Assembly: GCA_002269645.1 (NCBI GenBank)
Contig: NIVC01003323.1
Coordinates: forward strand, 1-64,000
From: Macrostomum lignano
Taxonomy: Eukaryota
Direction: 5' to 3'
DNA: 64,000 bases
A program made the position numbers and the translations under genes. The notes beneath the pieces are model-generated. The model saw only the letters and a program-made list of their open reading frames with translations, searched no databases and was not told where the DNA came from. Below, piece after piece: positions 23,491 through 36,030 of the stretch (position 1 is its first letter; the number at the start of each line of letters is the position of its first letter).

Positions 23491-24869
23491 GGAATGGAGA
23501 GTCAAAGTGAGGAAAAGCGGTCTGATTCTTAGTACGAACAAAGCACAAAGCTTAGTGCCATAAAAAACGCAGCAGCAGACGGGGCGTGAGTCACGTGACT
23601 GTGACTAATGCAAAAGATGCCATCGTCAGCAGAAAGCACAAAGCTAGAAGAATGGAAGGCAAGTTTGGTGCGGAATTCGATCAGAAGGAAGCAACAGCAG
23701 CAGAAAGCACTTTAGTTTTATTAAAAATAAATGGTGAAGATCTTTTCTAATCGGCCAATCGGAGTATCACTTCACTACTTCTCGAATCAGCTGCCAGTCT
23801 TTGTTGACGATTGGTCGAGTTGCCGAGCATCGAGCCTGGGTAGCCTGTCAGTCAGTCTGTCATGGCTGCTCGAAGCTATGAATATTGAGATTCTGCTTCT
23901 ATTCTAGAGTCTTATAAAAATGAAAACAGTGGGCGCCTCACACCAGCGCGCGGAGACAATAGTGACAGTTTCTCTGCCTGCTCCTTCACCCAATCTTGAG
24001 TAAAATGGCAATAAAAAAACGCTATGGACCACAGAACTTTGATTGCGTCATAGCGAAGCGTGAACAGTGGCGAGTCCGAACCCCGGGGGCAGCTGCCTGA
24101 TGACAGTTGGCGTTTCCAAGCCAGTGTTGTTGTTGGCAGATGCGCATAGAAACTGGTTAGCGCAGGCGAGATTTGTTTTGCTTGACCAGTTTTGATGTGG
24201 CCGACATAGTAAATATCAATATTTCGAATTTTTTATTGGTAAGGAATGCGAATTTTCGATACATATCGGTCAAATTAATTATCATTAAATTCACGAATTA
24301 ATAAAATAAACAACGAACTCTCATCCTTATTTGTCCTAAATATTTTAGTGCCACAGTGTGCAAATTCTCTGTTTTTTTACAGTGGTCTTTTTTACTATTA
24401 TTTTTTAAATCAGAAATGCAACCAAGATGACCTTTCAAGTCTATTTACTATTAACATACTTGAGACAGAGAAGCATTCTAGAATTAGTTAAGGAATGATT
24501 CACCAATCACCACCAATGTTACCTATGTTTCCCATGTTACCTTATGTTGAATTTGTTGTTAAACAATAGATCAAACGTCCGTAAGCAAATCTCGAACCCC
24601 TTGACTTCATTATATTGATTTAAAATCTATATCCAAGTTTCATAGCAGAATCCAAAAAATACATACAAAAAACTGCTTAGTAAAGTTTTTTTCGATACAT
24701 GTCGGAGAGTTGGATAGTATGCTTTGGATTTGGAAATTTTTATGTATGAAAATCACAAATAAATAGATAGGATGAAAAAGCAAAGTTGAAAAAGGGAAGT
24801 AACTATTAAATATATGGAAGAAAGAAATATTACTAAAATATAAAATGCAAAAGAAATTTTTGCAAAAGA

Positions 24870-24941
24870 AGGTCCCACCGAGACTCGAACTCGGGTCGCA
24901 GGATTCAGAGTCCTGAGTGCTAACCGCTACACCATGGGACC
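24870..24941 (-). tRNA. tRNA-Gln-CTG: tRNA-Gln (anticodon CTG)
   Basis: Reverse complement GGTCCCATGGTGTAGCGGTTAGCACTCAGGACTCTGAATCCTGCGACCCGAGTTCGAGTCTCGGTGGGACCT: paired acceptor stem, A and B boxes, CTG anticodon, downstream T4 tract. Confidence 0.97.
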
Positions 24942-25276
24942 GATAAGTGAATCGCTTCTCAGAGGGAAATTTATAGCTAACGTAAACGTAAATAACTTGT
25001 CCATCCATTGAAGCAAACTTATTCTACTTCGCCAAGGAGCTTCGCTGACCAATAGCCTAGCCACGTGGCAACGGAATTATCATTTATGGTTTACACAGCT
25101 ATAATTAAAGGAATATATTCACATCAAGTATATCATATCAGTACAATACTTTTCAAATTTAAGTTTTCATTATTTAATTTCCATTTCCATTTCATTTAAT
25201 TTGTAAATTAAATTAAATTGTAAATATATTGCAGTTGCAGTAGATCTTATTTTTTATTTTCTCGTTCTCTACAATT

Positions 25277-27380
25277 CAGTGGCGTCGCCAAAGGGGGGAC
25301 AGAATATATAGCAAAATTTCAAAAATAGCGCTTTGGGCGCCAAAATGAGTGTCTGCGGTGCCAAAATGAGTGTCTGCGGTGCCAAAATGAGTATCAGCGG
25401 CGCCAAAATGAGTATCTGCGGCGCCAAAATGAATGTCTGCGGTGCCAAAGTGAGTGTCTGCGGTGCCAAAATGAGTGTCTGTGGTGCCAAAATGAGTGTC
25501 TGCGGCGCCAAGCCAAAATGAGTGTCTGCGGCGCCAAGCCAAAATGAGTGTCTGCGGCGCCAAAATGAATGTCTGCGGTGCCAAAGTGAGTGTCTGCGGT
25601 GCCAAAATGAGTGTCTGTGGTGCCAAAATGAGTATCTGCGGCGCCAAAATGAATGTCTGCGGTGCCAAAGTGAGTGTCTGCGGTGCCAAAATGAGTGTCT
25701 GTGGTGCCAAAATGAGTGTCTGCGGCGCCAAGCCAAAATGAGTGTCTGCGGCGCAAAGCCAAAATGAGTGTCTGCGGCGCCAAGCCAAAATGAGTGTCTG
25801 CGGCGCCAAAATGAATGTCTGCGGTGCCAAAGTGAGTGTCTGCGGTGCCAAAATGAGTGTCTGTGGTGCCAAAATGAGTGTCTGCGGCGCCAAGCCAAAA
25901 TGAGTGTCTGCGGCGCCAAGCCAAAATGAGTGTCTGCGGCGCCAAAATGAATGTCTGCGGTGCCAAAGTGAGTGTCTGCGGTGCCAAAATGAGTGTCTGT
26001 GGTGCCAAAATGAGTATCTGCGGCGCCAAAATGAATGTCTGCGGTGCCAAAGTGAGTGTCTGCGGTGCCAAAATGAGTGTCTGTGGTGCCAAAATGAGTG
26101 TCTGCGGCGCCAAGCCAAAATGAGTGTCTGCGGCGCAAAGCCAAAATGAGTGTCTGCGGCGCCAAGCCAAAATGAGTGTCTGCGGCGCCAAGCCAAAATG
26201 AGTGTGTCTGCGGCGCCAAGCCAAAATGAGTGTCTCCGGCGCCAAGCCAAAATGAGTGTCTGCGGCGCCAAGCCAAAATGAGTGTCTCCGGCGCCAAGCC
26301 AAAATGAGTGTCTGCGGCGCCAAGCCAAAATGAGTGTCTGCGGCGCCAAGCCAAAATGAGTGTCTGCGGCGCCAAGCCAAAATGAGTGTGTCTGCGGCGC
26401 CAAGCCAAAATGAGTGTCTCCGGCGCCAAGCCAAAATGAGTGTCTGCGGCGCCAAGCCAAAATGAGTGTCTCCGGCGCCAAGCCAAAATGAGTGTCTGCG
26501 GCGCCAAGCCAAAATGAGTGTCTGCGGCGCCAAGCCAAAATGAGTGTCTCCGGCGCCAAGCCAAAATGAGTGTCTGCGGCGCCAAGCCAAAATGAGTGTC
26601 TGCGGCGCCAAGCCAAAATGAGTGTCTGCGGCGCCAAGCCAAAATGAGTGTCTGCGGCGCCAAGCCAAAATGAGTGTCTGCGGCGCCAAGCCAAAATGAG
26701 TGTGTCTGCGGCGCCAAGCCAAAATGTGTGTCTCCGGCGCCAAGCCAAAATGAGTGTCTGCGGCGCCAAACCAAAATGAGTGTCTCCGGCGCCAAGCCAA
26801 AATGAGTGTCTGCGGCGCCAAGCCAAAATGAGTGTCTGCGGCGCCAAGCCAAAATGAGTGTCTCCGGCGCCAAGCCAAAATGAGTGTCTGCGGCGCCAAG
26901 CCAAAATGAGTGTCTCCGGCGCCAAGCCAAAATGAGTGTCTGCGGCGCCAAGCCAAAATGAGTGTCTGCGGCGCCAAGCCAAAATGAGTGTCTGCGGCGC
27001 CAAGCCAAAATGAGTGTCTGCGGCGCCAAGCCAAAATGAGTGTCTCCGGCGCCAAGCCAAAATGAGTGTCTGCGGCGCCAAGCCAAAATGAGTGTCTCCG
27101 GCGCCAAGCCAAAATGAGTGTCTGCGGCGCCAAGCCAAAATGAGTGTCTGCGGCGCCAAGCCAAAATGAGTGTCTGCGTCGCCGAAACGAGTGTCTGTCT
27201 TTGGCGCCAAAATGAGTGACTGGCGCAAAAATGACTGCGGTGCTAAAAGCAGTGCCTGTGGCGCTAAAATCAGTGCTGACAACACTGAGTCCCAAAATTA
27301 TGTAGGAAGTTAATTTAGTCATTTAGAATTCTTAGCTTTGTCCCGGCCTCCACCAAAAAAAATCCATGGCGACGCCCCTG
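25277..27380. mobile_element. Non-autonomous hAT-type DNA transposon filled with a 21/26-bp minisatellite
   Basis: TIRs CAGTGGCGTCGCCA / TGGCGACGCCCCTG (13/14 match); flanks CTACAATT / CTAAATT(G) are a degenerate 8-bp TSD. Confidence 0.75.
25335..27220. repeat. GGCGCCAAAATGAGTGTCTGC (21 bp) / GCGCCAAGCCAAAATGAGTGTCTGCG (26 bp) array
   Basis: About 1.9 kb; includes a 382-bp higher-order duplication (identical ORFs at 25496 and 25878). Confidence 0.97.
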
Positions 27381-28251
27381 CTAAATTGCATTATCAATTA
27401 TTCATATGAAATGCCTAATCATTATTATAATGCGGAACTACAGTATTACTATTATGTACCAACTATAATCCGATGTACTGTAAAACTTTATGGTCCCATA
27501 AGCTAAATGGTTATTCTATTAGTACCAATCAACAATAAGGGCCGCAGTGTTTTGTCATACCTACAGTGAACAGTGGCCCCTGTTTTAACCTTGCAATGGT
27601 CCTAAGGTCCTTAAAAGGTGACCTTTCAGTAAAATATGGGTAAACTAAAATAACTCAAAAAGGCTCCAAATGCAACAATTTTTGTACAAAGAATCAGCTG
27701 GATTTCAAAACAGAGCGACTTTGGCAATGAAGCAGCACACAGCATTTATTTTTTGTCATTTTTAGCAAATTTTGTACTCATCAGTTTAAGCAAATATAAT
27801 CTATTTTCAATCGATTCAAGTGCGATATGTGTAACCGTATTCTACAGGTGCGCAAGATTAACAAATAACAGGTATTCACAATATAAGGTACACGGAAAAA
27901 GAAAAACAACAAAAATACTTCATATTAGGGAAAAAACATGGAAAACGCGACTGACTCAAAGAAAGGACAATTCGAAAAGATGTTCAATCATTTTAGGCAG
28001 TTGCTCACAAAGACCAATTTAACGGCTTTGAAAAAGTTTCAATTGTGAGCACAAAGTACAACAAATATTTCAAACGGTACACAGGAGAGCGCGTGTATTT
28101 ATGGATATTTTGACACGTGGCCTGTGAGACACTGGGATAGGGAATGAGGCTGAGCACGTGGCTGTCTGTATGCAAAATCTGCTATAGTCTATTTATAGAC
28201 ACAAAGACTACTTAGATAGGGATTCCCTAGCGAGTTCGGCCGCACGCAGTT

Positions 28252-28439
28252 TCACCAAGAATAGCAACTTCGTACTCGAATCAGCAGGGACCGCTTGTCC
28301 GAGATGAACCGGTAAAGGTCATCCAAGGGCATAGCGGTTGTCGGCATGCCCTCGATCTCCAGGATCTCGTCGCCGACTCCCAGCACTGACCGGTAGCGGC
28401 GCTGAGTGGCTGGGTCGTTGAAACGGCTCAGGTAGACGC
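28252..28439 (-). CDS. PDZ-domain protein exon 2 (PDZ C-half)
   Basis: Acceptor CTGCAG at 28445-28440; GVYLSRFND...SVLGVGDEILEIEG...LLIRVRSCYSW*; phase matches exon 1. Confidence 0.9.
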
Positions 28440-28454
28440 CTGCAGTGGATAGAG

Positions 28455-28935
28455 AATGTAGGATCGGAGGGTAAAGCGGGGATTTAACTGATGAAGGATT
28501 GGAGGGTAAAGCGGGAATCTACTCGATGAAGGATCGGAGGGTAAAGCGGAAATCTAATGGATGAAGGATCAGAGGGTAAAGCGGGAATCTACTGGATGAA
28601 GGATCGGAGGGTAAAGCGGAAATCTAATGGATGAAGGATCAGAGGGTAAAGCGGGAATCTACTGGATGAAGGATCGGAGGGTAAAGCGGAAATCTACTGG
28701 ATGAAGGATCAGAGGGTAAAGCGGGAATCTACTGATGAAGGATCGGAGGGTAATGCGAGAATATACTGGATGAAGGATCGGAGGGTAAAGCGGGAATCTA
28801 CTGAAAAAGGATCGGAGGGTAATGCGGGAATATACTGGATGAAGGATCGGAGGGTAAAGCGGGAATCTACTGAAAAAGGATCGGAGGGTAATGCAGGAAT
28901 ATACTGGATGAAGGATCGGAGGGTAAAGCGGGGAG
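28455..28935. repeat. 33-35 bp intronic minisatellite GGATGAAGGATCGGAGGGTAAAGCGGGAATCTACT
   Basis: About 14 copies filling most of the 527-bp intron. Confidence 0.93.
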
Positions 28936-28966
28936 TTTCTGGCAGTTAACAGCCAAGGACACTTAC

Positions 28967-29981
28967 CGCCCTTCTGCCGAAGCACAAAGAAGCCGAACTT
29001 GCCGCCGCGCGGTCTTTTCAGCTGCACCAACCGGCTGCCGTCGGGCATCAGTTTCAGCACGCGGCCGCTGACGGCCATCGGCGACGATGTTCCGACGCTG
29101 CTAGCGGTGCCGCTGCCTCTCGGCGAGCTGATCTTCTTGGCCGAGGTGACGGTGGGGCCGCCAGCCGGCGAGGCGGCCAGCCGCTGCACGAGGCGCTGCA
29201 GCGAGGCGTGTCGCTTCCGGCTAGCGAACAGCCGCTTCGGCGTCGGAGCGTCGGAGCCTGACAGCATCGATGTCGACTTGGTCGCGGCGGCTGCGTCGAC
29301 CCGCGAGGCGCTGAAACTGCGGCGGAGGCGGGCCAGACGGCAGCGGGCGGAGCGGACCCAGTTCGTCAGCGACATGCCGCTGGCAGAGGCTCCGGGCGTC
29401 GCCGCAGAGGCCTCGGGGACAGCGGGCTGCCTCGGACTGGTCTGGGCGTCGATTTTGCCCGCTGACACCGCTGCTGCCGCTGCGGTCTGTTGGAATATCG
29501 GCGTCGTCGTCAGCGTCGGAAAGGCGACATTCGCCACCACCGATTGGTGCCGATCAGGCAGCCCTCCCGACGGTATGTCGCGAGATCGACGCCGGTAAAG
29601 CGGGTTGGTGGCGATGGCAGGCGACGCCGGTCGGCACCGCGGCAGCTGCTTTGGCGCCGGCGGCCGGTCGTCATCGACTTCGTCTTCTGCGTTGGCCAGC
29701 GGCGCCGGCCGTTTCAGGGGCAGGTAGCTGCCAACGGCAACAGCTGGGGCTGGCCGCTTCATGGGCTGAACTTTGGCAACCGGCGTTGATGGGGCGGCGG
29801 CGCTGGCGGAGTGCAGCTGCGGCTGCGTGCGGCTGGCAAACAGGCGCGCTGGCCCGCCTGCGGCTGCTCCCTGTCCCGGCCAGATGGCGCTGAGGGCGCC
29901 AGCGCCAAAGAGTGGAACATTGTGATTGGCGCGCAAGGGCGCCGGAGCGCTTGGCGCCTTGGTTTCGCACTGAATGGACAT
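28967..29981 (-). CDS. PDZ-domain protein exon 1 (Ala/Pro/Ser-rich region plus PDZ N-half), KIAA1614/Par6-like PDZ
   Basis: ATG at 29981 (start uncertain); ends GRVLKLMPDGSRLVQLKRPRGGKFGFFVLRQKG with phase-1 donor GTAAGT at 28966; total about 400 aa. Confidence 0.85.
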
Positions 29982-31809
29982 GTCACTCAGGTTGGCTGCT
30001 GCGTGAGTCTGCTGCGATGTGGGCAGGTATGCAATATATAGTATATATAATAAACATTGAAGGCAGTTTGACAGCTTTCTATTCATGAAAGGGTGTGAAA
30101 ACATATATTACACCTATTTATTGCAACCCATTGTGATGGACAGGGATTTATATTTGCTTTTCACTCCTAACCATAATAGTCTTAGCAACAACAGATTTGG
30201 GGTGCTATACGAAGTGCGAAGTGTGGCAACGAACATTCGATATGGAGGAAACATCATTATGCTTACATGCGCGAAGCGGGAATGCCCTTAAGGGGCTGTT
30301 GCTACGACAATGATGCAGAGAGAAGTGTCAGCAGCTTTAAGCTTGGATTGATGGATAGCCATTGTCTAACATTAGTTTAGACTTACAGCAGCTTGCGCCC
30401 CATCAAATCATGTCTTGAGTCAGCTCAGCACAGGAAATTACGCAAAATTGTAGGGATTCACATCAATGATACTCATCGGATGAGCTGTAGTCTATTCTGA
30501 TGAAGCTAAAATTTAACCAGCTAATTGGTTTGACATTCATCTACGAACTCAGCGTTCTCAAGGGTTCTGACGCTGACATGACGTGCTGGGGCTGGCACGC
30601 ACTGGCGCCTCTAAAACAGACAGACAGACAGACAGACAGGCACAGGCTACTCAAACTGAAGAGGCGAACGGCTAAAAAAGAGCAGCGGGAAATGATGCAA
30701 CCGGAGCGGGAATGTTGCTGATGCTATCCGATCCTGTGTGTGTGTTGATGAACTCCCGACAGATTAGAAGAGTGACGAAAGTGTCAGAGTTAAGCGGAGC
30801 AGAAGTTGATGGGATGGGAGAAATTGCGCAATTAATTAAGATTAAACTTCTTCAAACTCAAAAATACACAGTTTAACTAATAAGCCTTATAAAAACTGTT
30901 TGCTTTTACAGTCTTACAGAACATCAAGGATGACATTTTAAGGGTATCAGAGAATAGCAGTTAGCTTACCTTTTTATTGTAGAAGCACTCGAATCGAAGA
31001 CTGAGGTGAGTTGAAAACGGTTCTGCCTTCGTGTGTGGGCAACCAAAAAGTTTATAGTTGACGGATGTGTGTGCGGCCCACTTCGAATCTCTGTGCGAGG
31101 CTCTTGATGGTTGTCTTCATGGGGGGCCTCGAGTCTGGGTGTGGAGCGGTATTTTAATAAAGGGAGGGGGCTTCGGGCTTGGGCCCGGTGCCAGCCAATA
31201 GGAAGGCTTCCCCGGCTAGGCCAATAGGAATCGAGCAATGTTGGGGGGAATGAGAGGGTAGAATTCAATTTTATGCATGCTTCAAAACTGGGTGCCAGAT
31301 TTGGCCTTGGAGACAAGAGACGACAAAACCTGGGAACCAAACAATGAAAATAGGGGAGTGTGGTGGGCCGCATCAATCGTTTTGAGTTCGGTTTGAGCCC
31401 AGCCGGAGATAAGGGAAAATTTGGCTCGATGCCATAAATTCTACTCAAACGGCACCATTTTTTTCGTTTTCAAATTTGAGTTTCCCGTTGAGCTCGACGA
31501 TAAGAATGCCACTTGGCACACAGATCGTCACTGAAGGAGACTGTTATTGGGGAAAATTATGACTGGGGAAAGCAGTTCTCTGTCTATCCGCAATAAAAAC
31601 CTGAGTATAGCAGGCCCTGGTTTTGAGGTGTGGCGCCCTGGCAATAAAAAAAGCTAAATAAAGCGGTACCAAGATAAGATAAGACAAGGATTTTCCCATG
31701 ATATTGTCCACGAGGCTGATCTCAGGAATGTTACTGAAGTTCAGGTGGAAGATTGCACTGTGCAGGCAGGAGTGGGAGTAAATTAAGATAGATGTAGAAG
31801 AGTTGGAGG

Positions 31810-32182
31810 CTGAGAGAGAGACAGATAGGGATAGAGGAGAGAGGTGGAAGAGAGTGAGAGGTAGACAGAGGCGGAGGAGAGAGAGACAGAGAGAGGTGGA
31901 GGAGAGAGACAGAGAGAGGTGGAGGAGAGAGAGACAGAGAGAGGTGGAGGAGAGAGAGACAGAGAGAGGTGGAGGAGAGAGAGATAGAGAGAGGTGGAGG
32001 AGAGAGACAGAGAGAGGTGGAGGAGAGAGACAGAGAGAGGTGGAGGAGAGAGACAGAGAGAGGTGGAGGAGAGAGACAGAGAGAGGTGGAGGAGAGAGAC
32101 AGAAAGAGGTGGAGGAGAGAGACAGAGAGAGGTGGAGGAGAGAGACAGAGAGAGGTGGAGGAGAGAGAGATAGAGAGAGGTG

Positions 32183-32274
<92 letters not shown>

Positions 32275-32465
32275 GTGGAGGAGAGAGAGAAAGACAGAGA
32301 GAGGTGGAGGAGAGAGAGAAAGACAGAGAGAGGTGGAGGAGAGAGAGAAAGACAGAGAGAGGTGGAGGAGAGAGAGGTGGAGAGTGAGTGGTAGACAGAG
32401 AGAGGTAGATAGAGAGCGGTAGAGAGTGAGAGATAGACAGAGAGAGAGGTAGAGGAGAGTGAGAG
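31810..32465. repeat. GA-rich satellite GAGAGACAGAGAGAGGTGGAG with (GA)n core
   Basis: Direct reading. Confidence 0.93.
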
Positions 32466-33009
32466 GGAGACAGCAATGTGATGGGAAGGTAAGGGAGACA
32501 CGGACGATTGTAAAAAATAGATTAACGCTTCATTCACTGAATCTTAATTTAGTTTTGAAGCGCGAGAGAGCTAAGAGGGGTGGGTGGCAGAGGCCAGAGG
32601 CGAGGCTCCGTGTGGTGGTGAACCAGATTTACCCGCTCATCTTCAAACGTGCTTTACACCCTGAATCTGAACTGCATCTATCGATTGTATTCTATATGCA
32701 CCCTGCAATTAGATTAGGGATAGATTTCTAGCCGACTGACCGCACAGAAATAACTGGGTTTATATAATACTGTCTCTAGGAGGGTTGTTGCATAGATACT
32801 AAAAACTAAAACTAGAATTCCTCATGTTGGGATTATTTTTCGAAAAAAATGTATCTATATACTTGTGAAAAGCGCAAATTAAGTTGTAATTCATGCCATA
32901 ATATTAATTATCTTTGAGTTAAAGGCCTAAGGCCATCCACTGAAACCCCCCTCCATTCTGATCAATATTTTATAGTGATCAACTGTTATTTGTAACTGTG
33001 GCCCTTAGG

Positions 33010-33550
33010 CTTCTGTCTGAGAGTGCCAGTTTCTATCTGAGAATGCCAGTTTCTATCTGAGAGTGCCAGTTTCTATCTGAGAATGCCAGTTTCTATCCGA
33101 GAGTGCCAGTTTCTATCTGAGAATGCCAGTTTCTATCCGAGAGTGCCAGTTTCTATCTGAGAATGCCAGTTTCTATCTGAGAGTGCCAGTTTCTATCTGA
33201 GAGTGCCAGTTTCTATCTGAGAGTGCCAGTTTCTATCTGAGAGTGCCAGTTTCTATCTGAGAGTGCCAGTTTCTATCTGAGAGTGCCAGTTTCTATCTGA
33301 GAGTGCCAGTTTCTATCTGAGAGTGCCAGTTTCTGTCTGAGAGTGCCAGTTTCTGTCTGAGAGTGCCAGTTTCTATCTGAGAGTGCCAATTTCTGTCTGA
33401 GAGTGCCAGTTTCTGTCTGAGAGTGCCAGTTTCTATCTGAGAGTGCCAGTTTCTATTTGAGGGTGCCAGTTTCTATCTGAGAGTGCCAGTTTCTATCTGA
33501 GAGTGCCAGTTTCTATCTGAGAGTGCCAGTTTCATCTGAGAATGCCAGTT
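33010..33550. repeat. 20-bp minisatellite GAGTGCCAGTTTCTATCTGA
   Basis: About 27 copies. Confidence 0.95.
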
Positions 33551-34414
33551 TGCTAGAATACCCTCACGCGCAAAAAGTTTGCATAAACAATTCAAGCACA
33601 ATGGCTGGCAGATAAAAAATGAGTCAGCACAGGCCACGAGCCTAAATACGAGCGTACAGGAACATAGAAGGTCGAGTTGTCCTTAATTTCAGGCCGCCAA
33701 ACAAAACAATTGACAGACATCTTGCATCTATATTGAACATATCGAATCACTTATAATGTTTACATTCAAAGCAAGCTTTTCTTATTTTTGAAATAAAATT
33801 TGAAATTAGAAACATAATGGCCCTGTTCTGCAGGGGGGGGGGGCTCCGCCATGTCTTGACCAGCTTGACCAGTGAAGCGATGAGGCTCCCAACTTCTTGA
33901 GATAATTAAAAGACTCTCATTAATATTGCCCAGCCGCGTAAGTTTCAAAAAATTCAACTTCATCTGCACGCACCTGGTGCTCAACAAATGCAGATTTCAG
34001 AGTCTTGTTGCTTTAACCGACTTTGAGGTCAACAACTGCGGCCGATGACGTCATCGTCATGGAATATCAAGCTATATGCACACCTAGGACCTGTAAACAC
34101 CTGCAGGTGTGTGTGCATGAATTGGTCTTACTTATACCATGTCCATAATGTTTAACCGACTTTAGACACTGCCTTACATGTATTGCTAGTTAAAAGTAAA
34201 TAATTTGGTTAGTCTCCTGTAGTTAGACTTGAAAGCAAATAGGACAAGCTTAAGACTAGGACCGACTCAACAGGTTGTTAAAGGAAAGTGGAGTTGGGGC
34301 TTTAAACTGAGCCTGTATTTTTTGTGTCATTTTTCTCACTGGATCCTCTGTTTGTACAACAGAATTAGGAGGCAAACACCTTGATATGGTTACCAAAGCT
34401 TACGTTTTTTATTC

Positions 34415-35145
34415 TGAATGAGTGAGTTCATGATTGAATGAGTGAGTTCATGATTGAAAATGAGTGAGTTCATGATTGAATGAGTGAGTTCATGATTGAA
34501 TGAGTGAGTTCATGATTGAATGAGTGAGTTCATGATTGAATGAGTGAGTTCATGATTGAATGAGTGAGTTCATGATTGAATGAGTGAGTTCATGATTGAA
34601 TGAGTGAGTTCATGATTGAATATGAGTGAGTTCATGATTGAATGAGTGAGTTCATGATTGAATGAGTGAGTTCAAGATTGAAAATGAGTGAGTTCACGAT
34701 TGAATGAGTGAGTTGATGATTGAATGAGTGAGTTGATGATGAAATGAGTGAGTTAATGATTAAATGAGTGAGTTCATGATTAAATGAGTGAGTTCATGAT
34801 TGAATGAGTGAGTTCATGATTAAATGAGTGAGTTCATGATTGAGAATGAGTGATTTCATGATTGAATGAGTGAGTTGATGATTGAATGAGTGAGTTCATG
34901 ATGAAATGAGTGAGTTAATGATTAAATGAGTGAGTTAATGATTAAATGAGTGAGTTCATGATTGAATGAGTGAGTTTATGATGAAATGAGTGAGTTCATG
35001 ATTAAATGAGTGAGTTCATGATTGAGAATGAGTGAGTTCATGATTAAATGAGTGAGTTCATGATTGAGAATGAGTGAGTTCATGATTGAATGAGTGAGTT
35101 CATTATTGAAAATGAGCGAGTCCATGATTGAAAATGAGTGAGATC
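34415..35145. repeat. 20-bp minisatellite TGAGTGAGTTCATGATTGAA
   Basis: About 35 copies. Confidence 0.95.
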
Positions 35146-35759
35146 TCGCTTAAGAGTGAGGGAGAGAGGGAGTGTGAGCAATCAGGGTGGAACAAGAAGA
35201 CAAGTTAAGATACACAAACGATCTGACAGATAACCATAGGAGACACACACAGTTGCGATAATAGCTTATAGAAAGTGAGTCAAACAAGTCAGTCATTAAA
35301 AAGTGCGAATGGATTGACATGAGAGAACTCGTGTCTAAAGTTGACATTTGAGTTCGAGATTTCGAATTGAACCCGTGGACAATAATACTATAACATTGTC
35401 GCACATTTTCAGATTTCAGCAGCATGCTTCAACAACACACGAGAGCTCCTCTCATTGACAGACAACTGTGTTGCGCAATCATTGCAGAATGGTTAGGTCA
35501 GCCTATGACCTGCCAGTGTGCCATCTTAACTGCGAACTGCTTCTAATTGCCTGAAGGGTCATAAACATTTCGCAGAGATTTGTTGCAGGTTATTTATTAG
35601 ATCTCGAAGTTGTTCAATCAGCTCAATAAATTGAGTGATGGAGCAGCCCCCCAGGGATGCTGCGCTAGACAAAACAGCTGAGGCCGTTCTCCTCATCCTT
35701 GATCTCCATCACCGTCCCACTGGGTTCTCTCTCTCTCATCCCTACCTCCCTCCTGTGAT

Positions 35760-36030
35760 CTCCTTCTCTGCCGATAATCCTCTGATCTCCCTTCTCTGCC
35801 GAAAATCCTCAGATCTCCCTTCTCTGCCGATAATCCTCTGATCTCTCTTCTCCGCCGATAATCCTCTGATCTCCTCCCTCCTTTGCCGATAATCCTCTGG
35901 TCTCCCTCCCTTCTCTGCCGATAATCCTCTGGTCTCCCTCCCTCCTCTGCCGATAATCCTCTGGTCTCCCTCCCTTCTCTGCCGATAATCCTCTGATCGC
36001 CCCCCCTCCTCTGGCGATAATCCTCTGATC
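35760..36030. repeat. About 30-bp minisatellite CTCTGCCGATAATCCTCTG(A/G)TCTCCC
   Basis: About 9 degenerate copies. Confidence 0.85.

Noticed and set aside
25269-27322. 630-670 aa WRRRHSF repeat ORFs
   Set aside because: Stop-free minisatellite inside a TIR element.
32459-32731. LRVVVNQIYPLIFKR as a TBP-like C-terminus
   Set aside because: Too short, no supporting exons or splice sites.
35635-35730. Possible terminal exon PSGTVMEIKDEENGLSCFV* on the minus strand
   Set aside because: No polypyrimidine acceptor and no partner exons.
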